From a virus (Duplodnaviria; Caudoviricetes): 24,074 nucleotides of DNA. Made by a program: the position numbers and the translations under genes. Below are positions 1 to 8,320 of the stretch, in pieces. The notes under the pieces are model-generated. The model made no database searches. It saw only the letters and a program-made list of their open reading frames with translations, and was not told the DNA's origin. The stretch spans positions 1 through 24,074 of IMG/VR virus record IMGVR_UViG_3300012664_000177. The stretch is one strand, 5' to 3'. The first letter of the stretch is position 1. Each line of letters starts with the position of its first letter.

Positions 1-467
1 GAGTATGCTTCTTCTACTGCACGTTTTAATTCACGACGCATTTCATCGTGCGTTGTAACGTTAACTGCGTATTTGCACACAGGTTTAACCATGCTAACAA
101 TATCCATCTGTTGGAAACCAGCTTGACGAACAGCAGCACCACGATAGAGCTTTTGTTCTTCGTAGTTAACTTGTCCAGTAATGTGCAAGCTAGGAATTGA
201 ATCGTAATATCCACAAGCAATACCTGTGATCAAGTTACTTGCACCTGGACCGGATGTTGCCATAGACACACCTAGTTGTCCATTTGTGCGCCATAACGCA
301 TCTGCGGCCATTGCAGCAGCTTGTTCATGTTGGAAGCAAATAACATCCATTCCTTCTTCTAACGCGATAGCATCAACTAAGAATGTAATTGCTCCACCTT
401 GTACTTGGAATACCTTGTTGGCACCAACTGCCTTTAAAAACTTCGCTACGTATTGACTACCCTTCAT
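1..467 (-). CDS. ThDP-dependent enzyme, acetolactate synthase large subunit/YerE-like (N-terminal part; runs off the window)
   Basis: Not in the ORF track; translated by hand from ATG at 467 with SD AAGGAG: MKGSQYVAKFLKAVGANKVFQVQGGAITFLVDAI...FQHEQAAAMAADALWR...SMATSGPGASNLITGIACGYYDSIPSLHITGQV...GFQQMDIVSMVKPVCK. HEQ-A-A-MA, TSGPGA-N and ITGQV are PYR-domain motifs of the ALS family. Confidence 0.9.
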   Translation of the reverse strand, partial: MKGSQYVAKFLKAVGANKVFQVQGGAITFLVDAIALEEGMDVICFQHEQAAAMAADALWRTNGQLGVSMATSGPGASNLITGIACGYYDSIPSLHITGQVNYEEQKLYRGAAVRQAGFQQMDIVSMVKPVCKYAVNVTTHDEMRRELKRAVEEAY

Positions 468-477
468 AGGTATCTCC

Positions 478-1797
478 TTATTTAAATAAACTCAAGAACC
501 CCTCGACCTTCTCGCCGATGTAGGCAATCTGTTCAGGTGTGATCACAGGACTAGTCCCGTGGAAATATGTGTGTGTCATTGCATGGGTAGCATTGGGATA
601 ATTGTCCTTTGCTACTTGTGGATCCATGATATGATCATATGCTGGTTGCAACATAATGTTACCAGCAAAGTACGGACGTGTCTGGATCAAATTCTCTTCC
701 AGGTAATCTACAATGTCGGCACGAGTAAATGGAGCATCGGCGCGAACAGTGAGTGGGAACGCAAACCAACTAGGATCGCTCTTGTCTGTGGCTCTAGGCA
801 AGTGGAAGAATTCTTCGTGCTTCTCGTAGATTGCAAATAACAAGTTGTAGTTACGTCGACGTAGAGCATGGATCTCTGGCAGCTTCTTCAATTGCTCCAG
901 GCCCATTGCACACTGCAATTCGATTGGCTTTAGATTGTATCCAATCTCGTCATACACATACTTGTGATCAAAGATCTCTCCGGGCAACTGTGGGATCCAC
1001 TCTTTGAATCGACTACCGCATGTTCCGCATTTTAACTTGTTTGCTTCCGGCCCAACACAATAGCAACCACGCCCCCATTCACGGAAGCTGCGCAGGATAA
1101 CATCTGTGTTGGCATCGTTGGTTGCAACGTAGCCACCTTCGCCCATGGTCATGTGGTGTGCTGGGTAGAAACTGCAACTTGCCATCAATCCATAACTGCC
1201 CAAGGGTTTGTTGTCATAAGTGCTGCCAAGTGCATCACAACAGTCTTCTAGCAAAATTAGTTTATGCTTGTTGACAAGTTCCATTACTTTATCCATGTTA
1301 GGTGGATTGCCTAGTACATGAGCAAATGTAATAACACGAATGTCTGGATTGTCTGCTAATACTTGTTCTGCTTGTGCGAGATCGATGTTCAGCGTATCTA
1401 GTTCAATGTCCACAAACACAGGTGTAAATCCCACTTGCAGAGTTGGATTCAATGTAGTAGGGAATCCTGCAATGGGCATCAATACTTTTGTGCCCTTGGG
1501 CAAATTATATCCACGCTTGGAAGTTAGCGCTGACATCATAAGCAAGTTGCTTGAACTACCGGAGTTGGTAACAATGCCTTTGCTCTTGCCAAACAACTGA
1601 GGAAACTCACGTTCAAACTTTAGACCAGCGTCTCCCATTGCTAGCCAGCCCTTGAGTAAACTTTCTACTCCTGCTATGTATTCAGCAGAGTCATAGTATG
1701 CACCTGCATAGTTTACAAAGTCCTTGCCAGCCACCCATGTTTTGTTGGCTTGTTTTTGTTCAATGTGCTCACGCACTAGTTTGAGAATTTCTTCCAT
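478..1797 (-). CDS. rfbH: CDP-4-keto-6-deoxyglucose 3-dehydrase (E1, RfbH/DdhC), PMP/[2Fe-2S] enzyme
   Basis: NSGSSSNLL, EDCCDALG, SFYPAHHMTMGEGG (His in place of the PLP Lys, diagnostic of E1), GRGCYC...CGTC Cys cluster, DHKYVY, GYNLKP; 439 aa. Confidence 0.92.
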   Translation of the reverse strand: MEEILKLVREHIEQKQANKTWVAGKDFVNYAGAYYDSAEYIAGVESLLKGWLAMGDAGLKFEREFPQLFGKSKGIVTNSGSSSNLLMMSALTSKRGYNLPKGTKVLMPIAGFPTTLNPTLQVGFTPVFVDIELDTLNIDLAQAEQVLADNPDIRVITFAHVLGNPPNMDKVMELVNKHKLILLEDCCDALGSTYDNKPLGSYGLMASCSFYPAHHMTMGEGGYVATNDANTDVILRSFREWGRGCYCVGPEANKLKCGTCGSRFKEWIPQLPGEIFDHKYVYDEIGYNLKPIELQCAMGLEQLKKLPEIHALRRRNYNLLFAIYEKHEEFFHLPRATDKSDPSWFAFPLTVRADAPFTRADIVDYLEENLIQTRPYFAGNIMLQPAYDHIMDPQVAKDNYPNATHAMTHTYFHGTSPVITPEQIAYIGEKVEGFLSLFK

Positions 1798-2519
1798 TAT
1801 ATAACACCTAATTGTTGACAGATTAATTTCATAAGATCGATTACTTGTTGACTTCCACGGCTAGCATGGAAATGCAAAATATGTGCATTACGCACGTCGA
1901 TTCCGTTCCAGGAATTATGTAAGTTTACTACTTCTTGGCTTAACTCTCTAAGTCGCATTGCTTGGTACGCAAGTTCAGGGTGAAACCAATCGTCCTCTGG
2001 TATACCTTGGCTCCAAAACATTTCGTTATGTCGCAGTTGATCAAAGCCCCAAAACTGGTCTGGATGGCCTTCTCTAACACTCCATAAGTGTTCGCCTATA
2101 TCCCAAGTTTCTTTTCTCATGGCATGAGAGTAATACTGTATATCGTCGTTGAAGTAATTTACATACCCACGATAACTTTTTGGATCAGTATAGTTGAACA
2201 GTCTATACTCTTTGAATCTGTCTGAGAATAAACTAGTGGGCTGAGTCATAAGTGTATCTGCCCCTGCCCAAAAAATATTACACGGCTCACTATGCCACAG
2301 TTCTTTGATTGCATTCCAGTTAGCAATGGTATATTCGTCGTTGTTCTTTACCGGGTCTGTCCAAAGAACATCTTCAAATGGTTCCGTAACAAACTTACGA
2401 AAACTTGCCAATCTTAAATCGTACATTTGACGATACTGATTGTACAAGTCTTGATTTTTTTCAATATGCCATCCATCTTCGATTGGACGAACAGCACAGA
2501 CTAGATAATTTTTTACCAT
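1797..2519 (-). CDS. Putative GT-A fold nucleotide-diphospho-sugar transferase (GT8-like)
   Basis: FWAGADT (DxD-like position), FDQLRHN (compare GT8 DQxxLN) and C-terminal ILHFH; located within a sugar operon and coupled to neighbours. Confidence 0.55.
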   Translation of the reverse strand: MVKNYLVCAVRPIEDGWHIEKNQDLYNQYRQMYDLRLASFRKFVTEPFEDVLWTDPVKNNDEYTIANWNAIKELWHSEPCNIFWAGADTLMTQPTSLFSDRFKEYRLFNYTDPKSYRGYVNYFNDDIQYYSHAMRKETWDIGEHLWSVREGHPDQFWGFDQLRHNEMFWSQGIPEDDWFHPELAYQAMRLRELSQEVVNLHNSWNGIDVRNAHILHFHASRGSQQVIDLMKLICQQLGVI

Positions 2520-3463
2520 ACAAAGTTCTTAATATAGTATTTTACTACATACTCTAGCTCTTTGTCAAAGTCTGCTTTTGGTAGCCAACCCAAACCTTTA
2601 AGTTTTGAATCGTCAATTGCGTAACGAACATCCTGGCCTACTCGTTGGCTATCAACAATATAGTCTTCCCAGTAGTCAGTTGCGTCATTACTGTTGTATA
2701 CACTGAGAATCTTTTTAATCACTTCTCGGTTAGGCATTTCTGCATTTCCTGAGATGTTGTAAATCTCATTAGTTACATTTGCTTTAACAATTGTAATCAC
2801 AGCATTTGCAGTATCGTCTGCATGCAACCATGTTCTGCGTGGCTCTCCACGATCGTGCAGATCGATCTTCTTGTTGAGAGTTAGATACTTAATAGATTTG
2901 GGAATAAGTTTTTCAACATATTGGCCAACACCGTAATTATTAGTAGGGCGTACAATCACATACTTGATACCGTATGTTCTTGCCCATGCAAGTACCAACA
3001 TATCAGCGGCTGCTTTTGATGCAGAGTATGGATTACTAGGCTTGAGTAAGTCCTTCTCAGTATGCGCACCGTTTTCGATATCGCCGTATACTTCATCTGT
3101 ACTAAAGTGCAACAACACTGGCTGCTTGTGTTTTGGTTGTTGCTTGATCAACTCTAACAAACGATGAACACCATTGATATTGCTGCGCAAAAACACATCG
3201 GAACTCATAATAGAATTATCTACGTGTGTTTCTGCCGCGGTATTGATAACATAGTCGCAATCTAACAGCCCGTCTAAGTCATTAATATCTTGTTTGATAA
3301 ATTTAAAAGTATCGTACTGGTTGAACTCATCTAGAAAATTAACATTACTAGCATACGTACATTTGTCAACGCCAATAACATACCAGCCTTGTGCTAAACA
3401 CTCTCTGGTTACATGGACTCCAATGAAGCCAAGACAGCCTGTTACATAAACTATTTTTTTCAA
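2513..3463 (-). CDS. rfbB: NDP(dTDP)-glucose 4,6-dehydratase, extended SDR
   Basis: VTGCLGFIG Rossmann motif, AAETHVDNSI, STDEVYG, YSASK catalytic motif, NNYG, EKLIP, DVRYAID; TTG start overlapping the upstream stop. Confidence 0.9.
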   Translation of the reverse strand: MKKIVYVTGCLGFIGVHVTRECLAQGWYVIGVDKCTYASNVNFLDEFNQYDTFKFIKQDINDLDGLLDCDYVINTAAETHVDNSIMSSDVFLRSNINGVHRLLELIKQQPKHKQPVLLHFSTDEVYGDIENGAHTEKDLLKPSNPYSASKAAADMLVLAWARTYGIKYVIVRPTNNYGVGQYVEKLIPKSIKYLTLNKKIDLHDRGEPRRTWLHADDTANAVITIVKANVTNEIYNISGNAEMPNREVIKKILSVYNSNDATDYWEDYIVDSQRVGQDVRYAIDDSKLKGLGWLPKADFDKELEYVVKYYIKNFVW

Positions 3464-4245
3464 ACTTTTCTCGCTTTAACTAACAAATGCCAGCCGAGAT
3501 ATTCACGCACGGCTTCGCGCATGGCATCCGGCATAGCTGCAAACCAAGGCTCTAGTTCGTAGCGTCCTTGCTTGTATGCATCAATGTTATACATGAAACA
3601 ATGATCTTGGCGCAACCTCTCGACATTCCATCCTGTGCCTAACAGCTCTGGAATTTCTTCTTTGGTAAAACTCTTGGCATAAGGACAACCTGCTTGAGCT
3701 TCGTATTGATCGAGCCCTTTGTAAATCATTGCTTGTTTCCAGGAGTTCTTGGCATACACCATGAATCGAAATTCGCCACCAGGTTCTAACGCTTCATGCA
3801 CATTATCGATAATTTTATCAATAGCAGGAAAGTGATGAATCACACCATAGCTGTATACCAAATCAAATTTCGGAAGATCTTTGTATGTTTCAATTTTGCT
3901 GGCATCGCCTGCAATAAAAGTACCTTCGAGTCCTTCAACTTCGAAACGTTTTCGAGCTAGCTTAACACTCTCTTCAGAATAGTCAATGCCGTAGAACTCA
4001 GCACCATTGCGAGCAAACTCTGCTGCATCTGAACCAATGCCTGGTCCAATCTCCAGCACACGTTTACCTTGCCATAAATGAAATCCTGCAAATTCAGCAA
4101 TGTGAGGCTCCACTTGATATCTTCTAGCACTTACTTGCTGATAGAATTCTAATGTTCCTGGCTCAGCAGTACTGTGCTTGCTGTTGCACGGTTGTGCATT
4201 CCAATATTTTTTAATACGCTCTTCGAGCTCTTGTGTGTCGATCAT
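3460..4245 (-). CDS. Class I SAM-dependent methyltransferase
   Basis: VLEIGPGIG motif I, GIDYS motif II, FDLVYSYGVIHH, LEPGG. Confidence 0.88.
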   Translation of the reverse strand: MIDTQELEERIKKYWNAQPCNSKHSTAEPGTLEFYQQVSARRYQVEPHIAEFAGFHLWQGKRVLEIGPGIGSDAAEFARNGAEFYGIDYSEESVKLARKRFEVEGLEGTFIAGDASKIETYKDLPKFDLVYSYGVIHHFPAIDKIIDNVHEALEPGGEFRFMVYAKNSWKQAMIYKGLDQYEAQAGCPYAKSFTKEEIPELLGTGWNVERLRQDHCFMYNIDAYKQGRYELEPWFAAMPDAMREAVREYLGWHLLVKARKV

Positions 4246-5069
4246 TACTTAACTACCTGATAAGATTGTTGAAATTGCATACACTGTTTGTTTGGATCGT
4301 TTTCTTGCAATTTAACCCAAGGATCTTGGTCCCCGGTTTTGACATTTTCCCACCAAGATGTATCCAGGTTTCTTGACTTCATGTATTCGCACAATCTATC
4401 TGTGTCGACCATTCTACGTAGATGCCAATTTGTATGATGGAAATCATTTGGGTTCTTTGGATTGCCTTCGAACATCACACGTTCAACGAACGTGTCGTCC
4501 TTGTTGTTTCCGGTTAGATCAAAACGATCGTGGGTGACCCAGACAGGGATTTTTTCAAATATATCTAACATGTATGCTTGTTGACTTAACCAAGCATCTG
4601 AAATTTGATGCGGGCAAAGATAGCCTAATGTGTCTAGCCATTCTCTTGGAACAATTGGAAAAATCGAATATGGATGGTCTCGGTGTGTATGCACTGCTAA
4701 ACACTTGAACTCTCCGGTATGTGCTGATATTTGTTTATCCCAGCCTGCGGTGTCCATCATTGCATCGTCGTTCCAAAAGAACAACCAATCCGCATCAGAT
4801 GCTTGTGCAAGTGCATTCACATACTCGTTAAGCCTAGTATAACCCATGCGCTCGTATACATGAGCTTCATAGGCTACGCCCTTGCTATCTAACCAGGGCT
4901 GGAGCTCTTTTTCAAAATGGTTCATGCCAATTTCGTCGTCGTCGTCAAATCCTAGCATGAGCTGTATAGAGTCTAGTTTAACTGCTCTATTTACAATGCT
5001 CATTACACTGCGGCTTAATGCGTCAGTGCGTCCTCTTGTGGGTAATAATACTGCGATGCTGTGTTTCAT
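4245..5069 (-). CDS. Glycosyltransferase family 2-like (GT-A)
   Basis: N-terminal IAVLLPTRGR, GFDDDD, FFWNDD (DxD-type), SDAWL. Confidence 0.8.
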   Translation of the reverse strand: MKHSIAVLLPTRGRTDALSRSVMSIVNRAVKLDSIQLMLGFDDDDEIGMNHFEKELQPWLDSKGVAYEAHVYERMGYTRLNEYVNALAQASDADWLFFWNDDAMMDTAGWDKQISAHTGEFKCLAVHTHRDHPYSIFPIVPREWLDTLGYLCPHQISDAWLSQQAYMLDIFEKIPVWVTHDRFDLTGNNKDDTFVERVMFEGNPKNPNDFHHTNWHLRRMVDTDRLCEYMKSRNLDTSWWENVKTGDQDPWVKLQENDPNKQCMQFQQSYQVVK

Positions 5070-5085
5070 ATCATTATGTAGTCAT

Positions 5086-5117
5086 AAAACGACCATGCCC
5101 TGCAAAAACAGGGCATG
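5086..5117 (-). terminator. Hairpin, probable intrinsic terminator or processing stem after queD
   Basis: Perfect 9-bp inverted repeat CATGCCCTG (5094-5102)/CAGGGCATG (5109-5117) with a 6-nt loop. On the minus strand it is followed by GTCGTTTT, a weak, offset U-tract. Confidence 0.55.
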
Positions 5118-5135
5118 TGCGTGAGTTAGCTTAAT

Positions 5136-5648
5136 TTAAGCAAATAAATCTTCGTTCCATTCGCGATGTCCTTCGCGAAATGCCATGTTGCTTTGTGTTT
5201 CGCGCACTTCTACACGATAACACCACAAGCGTTTTGCTTCGCCTTCTCCCCACATTTCTGGAACATAAACCCCGTTAACGTATTTGTACAGCATGTCACT
5301 AAGTGCTTCGCAACCTAGCGCAGGTAAAACAATAACCTTGGCCATCTTCTTTTCTTGTAGCAGTTTGAATGTTTCCATCTCTGGATCATCTTGTGCAACG
5401 ATAAGTGTATGATCAAACTGGTCTTCTAAGAACTTCTTTAGTTCTTTTAACCCGCCGTAATCAGCAGCCCAGTTACGAGCATCTAGATCGTTTGTACCAA
5501 AATAGAATTTCATACTGAAACTATAACCATGGATTGTATTGCAATGGCTGTCTGCTCTCCATTGACGATATGCGCAAGGGAACGCATCGTGATACTCTTT
5601 TGTTGAGGTATACTTGTATTGTACTGGGGTTCGATCGAATGTTGACAT
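5136..5648 (-). CDS. queD: 6-carboxytetrahydropterin synthase (QueD/PTPS family)
   Basis: HCNTIHGY (CxxxHGx), DYGGLK, FDHTL, GCE, VEVRE T-fold motifs; SD AGGAG; near folE. Confidence 0.88.
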   Translation of the reverse strand: MSTFDRTPVQYKYTSTKEYHDAFPCAYRQWRADSHCNTIHGYSFSMKFYFGTNDLDARNWAADYGGLKELKKFLEDQFDHTLIVAQDDPEMETFKLLQEKKMAKVIVLPALGCEALSDMLYKYVNGVYVPEMWGEGEAKRLWCYRVEVRETQSNMAFREGHREWNEDLFA

Positions 5649-5740
5649 GCTTGTTTCTCCTATGTTAATTTTAGCATAGGCAGCAGAATTTGTATACCGG
5701 GATGATGCTCTAAAGGCCGGTTAGAGAAATACTTATGCTA
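5649..5740 (-). promoter_or_regulatory. Structured queD leader: preQ1-I-like H-type pseudoknot plus SD-sequestering hairpin (candidate riboswitch)
   Basis: Minus strand: stem ACCGG (5721-5717)/CCGGT (5700-5696), 16-nt loop CCTTTAGAGCATCATC, A-rich linker ATACAAA, then TTCTG able to pair with loop TAGAG. Downstream CCTATG (5680-5675)/CATAGG (5664-5659) covers part of the AGGAG SD. Confidence 0.55.
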
Positions 5741-5849
5741 GTTCTACTAGATGATATTTAGAAGCTGGATAGCGCTCTTGTAACCATTCTAGTAGACCTT
5801 CTTGCTGAGGCAATTGTATGTCTCCGGCTTTGTTTGATATTACAATCAT
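5733..5849 (-). CDS. Small hypothetical protein, 38 aa
   Basis: Hand-translated MIVISNKAGDIQLPQQEGLLEWLQERYPASKYHLVELA*. The ATG overlaps the HIT stop (ATGA), the same coupling seen across the operon. Below the ORF-track size cutoff. Confidence 0.6.
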   Translation of the reverse strand: MIVISNKAGDIQLPQQEGLLEWLQERYPASKYHLVELA

Positions 5850-6241
5850 TTCGGTAACTGGTATCCGCCAGATTTATAATTAGCTTGTCCGAATACTACG
5901 CCGCGGACTCCACCGATAGGGTCAGCACAGTCTCCGTGCTTTCTCAAGATCAAATGAACATGCGGGTACATTACTGTTTGTCCGGCAGCTTTTCCCATGT
6001 TGATCCCAACATTGAATGCTTCACATTTGCCTTCGTCTACTAGCCTATTTCCGTGCCGTAGTGCAGATTCAAATGCATCCACAATAACAGTTGGTGTGTT
6101 ATACCTAGGAACAAACAATAAGTGTCCGTGTGTAACTGGGAATCGATCTTGGAATACTGCTGTATGGAAATCACTAAGCTCTTCTACCAACAGATCCCAA
6201 GGTGCTATACCATCTTTGTGTGCTTGTGCTAAATCATTCAT
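5846..6241 (-). CDS. HIT family nucleotide hydrolase
   Basis: DRFPVTHGHLLFVP, FNVGINMGKAAGQTVMYPHVHLI (HIT motif with the first His replaced by Tyr). Confidence 0.85.
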   Translation of the reverse strand: MNDLAQAHKDGIAPWDLLVEELSDFHTAVFQDRFPVTHGHLLFVPRYNTPTVIVDAFESALRHGNRLVDEGKCEAFNVGINMGKAAGQTVMYPHVHLILRKHGDCADPIGGVRGVVFGQANYKSGGYQLPK

Positions 6242-6939
6242 CGTGGTGCAAACTCCTGTTGTAGTTTAATGTTGTCAAAGAACTCTTTCTTTACTGACGG
6301 ATCTGTTTTGAAAGACCCGTTAAGCACCGTGGTCTGGGTGAGACTACTGTGAGCCATAATACCGCGATTTTCACAACATCCGTGGGTAGCCTGGATATAA
6401 ACTGCAACGTCTTTCGATCCAGTTGCGAACTCAATCTCGCGAGCGATGTCCATGCACAGCTCCTCTTGTAGCGTTCCACGTCTCGCACACCATTGTGCAA
6501 TTCTTGTATACTTCGAAAGGCCAATGAGTTTGGGACCAGCAATAATTCCAATATAAGCCACACCCGTAACAGGCTGGTGATGGTGCGAGCACATGCTCTT
6601 AAGCTCTGAACGCACAACCAGCATACCGTTGTATGCTCCGCTCGTATCGTTCGGGAAAGCCGTAGCATTAGGGCTCTCCTCGTACCTGCCAGCCATAATT
6701 TCATATACATACATCTTTGCTAAACGTCGGGCTGTGCCCTGAGAGTTTGGATCATTGTGTCGATCAATAATCAAACTGTCAAGCACGCCTTCGAACTTGC
6801 CTGTGAGCTCGTCAACTAGCAAGTCTTTTTCCTTGTCAGTGATATACTCACTGATATTGTCACCTGCCCAGAAACGCTTGTCTGCGTCAGTTAAGCGTTT
6901 GCGAATTACTTGTGATAGGTTTAAACTGTTATCTGTCAT
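6238..6939 (-). CDS. folE: GTP cyclohydrolase I
   Basis: TARRLAKMY, SMCSHH (Zn ligands), IGLSKYTRI, LQEEL, HGCCENRG. Confidence 0.95.
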   Translation of the reverse strand: MTDNSLNLSQVIRKRLTDADKRFWAGDNISEYITDKEKDLLVDELTGKFEGVLDSLIIDRHNDPNSQGTARRLAKMYVYEIMAGRYEESPNATAFPNDTSGAYNGMLVVRSELKSMCSHHHQPVTGVAYIGIIAGPKLIGLSKYTRIAQWCARRGTLQEELCMDIAREIEFATGSKDVAVYIQATHGCCENRGIMAHSSLTQTTVLNGSFKTDPSVKKEFFDNIKLQQEFAPR

Positions 6940-6942
6940 TTT

Positions 6943-7539
6943 TTATTCCGTAATGTTAATATTCCTAAGATCGGGGTAGGCGACGGGTTGCGGCCTAACA
7001 GGAAATTCTTTAAGGCCCTGTAACAAAGCCAAACCTTGGACGGCTTCTTCAGGGGTGGGCTTGTAATGGTAACCAATTGTAAATTCCTTCTGATCTTGCC
7101 AGGGTGTTATATTTAGATCGCGACCGTCATACCTCATACGAATTATCTTATCATAAGCCTTCTTATCATCTAATAGTATAGCACCACCACGGCCTAGATG
7201 TAAAGGCTTAGTATGCCCAAAACTTAAACATTGCATAGTTCCGGGCCGATACATATCCTTTTCTAGACGTCTTGCACTATCCCAAACTCTAGTATAGTAG
7301 AACTCGTATTCGCCTACCCAGGTTTGTTCTGGCTCGTCGTGGTAAACATAGTGGATCCCTAACTTGTGCATGGTCATCGGAATACTTAGATACGTGTACG
7401 GAGTCATTTTTAATGCTTTTACTCGATCGTATCTCAAGCACATTTCGATAGCATGGGTACAGCAATCGGTCATAATTGCATAAGGTGCACCGGTATATTC
7501 CGCTAGTGCTTTTTCGAATTGTAGAATTTTGTCAAACAT
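6943..7539 (-). CDS. Short DegT/DnrJ/EryC1/StrS-family PLP-dependent aminotransferase-like protein
   Basis: FEKALAEYTGAPYAI, CTHAI, WDSA (PLP Asp), LSFGHTKPL..GRGGAI (PLP Lys), GYHY; only 198 aa. Confidence 0.75.
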   Translation of the reverse strand: MFDKILQFEKALAEYTGAPYAIMTDCCTHAIEMCLRYDRVKALKMTPYTYLSIPMTMHKLGIHYVYHDEPEQTWVGEYEFYYTRVWDSARRLEKDMYRPGTMQCLSFGHTKPLHLGRGGAILLDDKKAYDKIIRMRYDGRDLNITPWQDQKEFTIGYHYKPTPEEAVQGLALLQGLKEFPVRPQPVAYPDLRNINITE

Positions 7540-8311
7540 GTGAATGTATTAAGTTATAAATGTTAAGAGTATCAGCAGGGTAGATATCGCTATTAAACAT
7601 AGGCCCTTTATCTAATCCGGTCATCATAGTAATGTTGTAGTTTATCCAGGCTTCTTCATATGGTGTGCAGTTAACAGGGATTGACTGTTGGGAGAATATA
7701 TTCTCCAGAATCTGCTCACAGTGAACATAAGACTGGTATCCTTGATTTCGAATAATAAACTCTTGCCACAATTTATACAATGCCTGATCCGGAACAAATG
7801 TTTGATCTAGGAAGTCGGCAATGCCTTGTAGCCCACTACAGAATTCTGACCAGACAAATAATGATTCAAATTTAAACTCTTGTATAGGATTGGGTATTTC
7901 TGGAAATTCTGTGTAACCATCTCTCAATATATATTTGTAATAATATTGATTCCTAAACCGTTCCGGCGAGTTACGTACATCTTCATTGATTTCCAGGAGC
8001 TTCTGATCAAACGATACATCGCCGGACCGATACCATCGATTCACTTGTGCAATGTAAAACGATTGATTACTTGATTTATCAATTGTAATTCTAATAACCG
8101 GTTCAGTATCAAATTGATGCTTGTAGTCAACCCACCACCAATGCCCGCATCTTACAGCGCGATTGTTTTTATAAAGGTCACTAAAGTTATGACATGCACC
8201 GGTTGTAGTAAACACTGAATCAACTTCACGTGGCATTTTCATAATCCATATGTTAGTTACATACTCTAAAAAATGTCCATGAGTGCTGCCATGGAAATCG
8301 ATCCAGATCAT
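7532..8311 (-). CDS. Hypothetical protein (paralog of 9946..10833)
   Basis: 259-aa ORF in operon. N-terminal strand/Gly-loop IWIDFHGSTHGHFLEY and C-terminal YPADTLNIYNLI resemble the 9946..10833 product. Confidence 0.75.
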   Translation of the reverse strand: MIWIDFHGSTHGHFLEYVTNIWIMKMPREVDSVFTTTGACHNFSDLYKNNRAVRCGHWWWVDYKHQFDTEPVIRITIDKSSNQSFYIAQVNRWYRSGDVSFDQKLLEINEDVRNSPERFRNQYYYKYILRDGYTEFPEIPNPIQEFKFESLFVWSEFCSGLQGIADFLDQTFVPDQALYKLWQEFIIRNQGYQSYVHCEQILENIFSQQSIPVNCTPYEEAWINYNITMMTGLDKGPMFNSDIYPADTLNIYNLIHSHV

Positions 8312-8320
8312 TTACACTGC

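Noticed and set aside
1-5069. Interpretation as a bacterial O-antigen locus
   Set aside because: No wzx/wzy/wzm-type membrane proteins are in view, and the cluster is continuous with a phage-type polymerase, clamp, DsbA-like gene and many small hypothetical genes.
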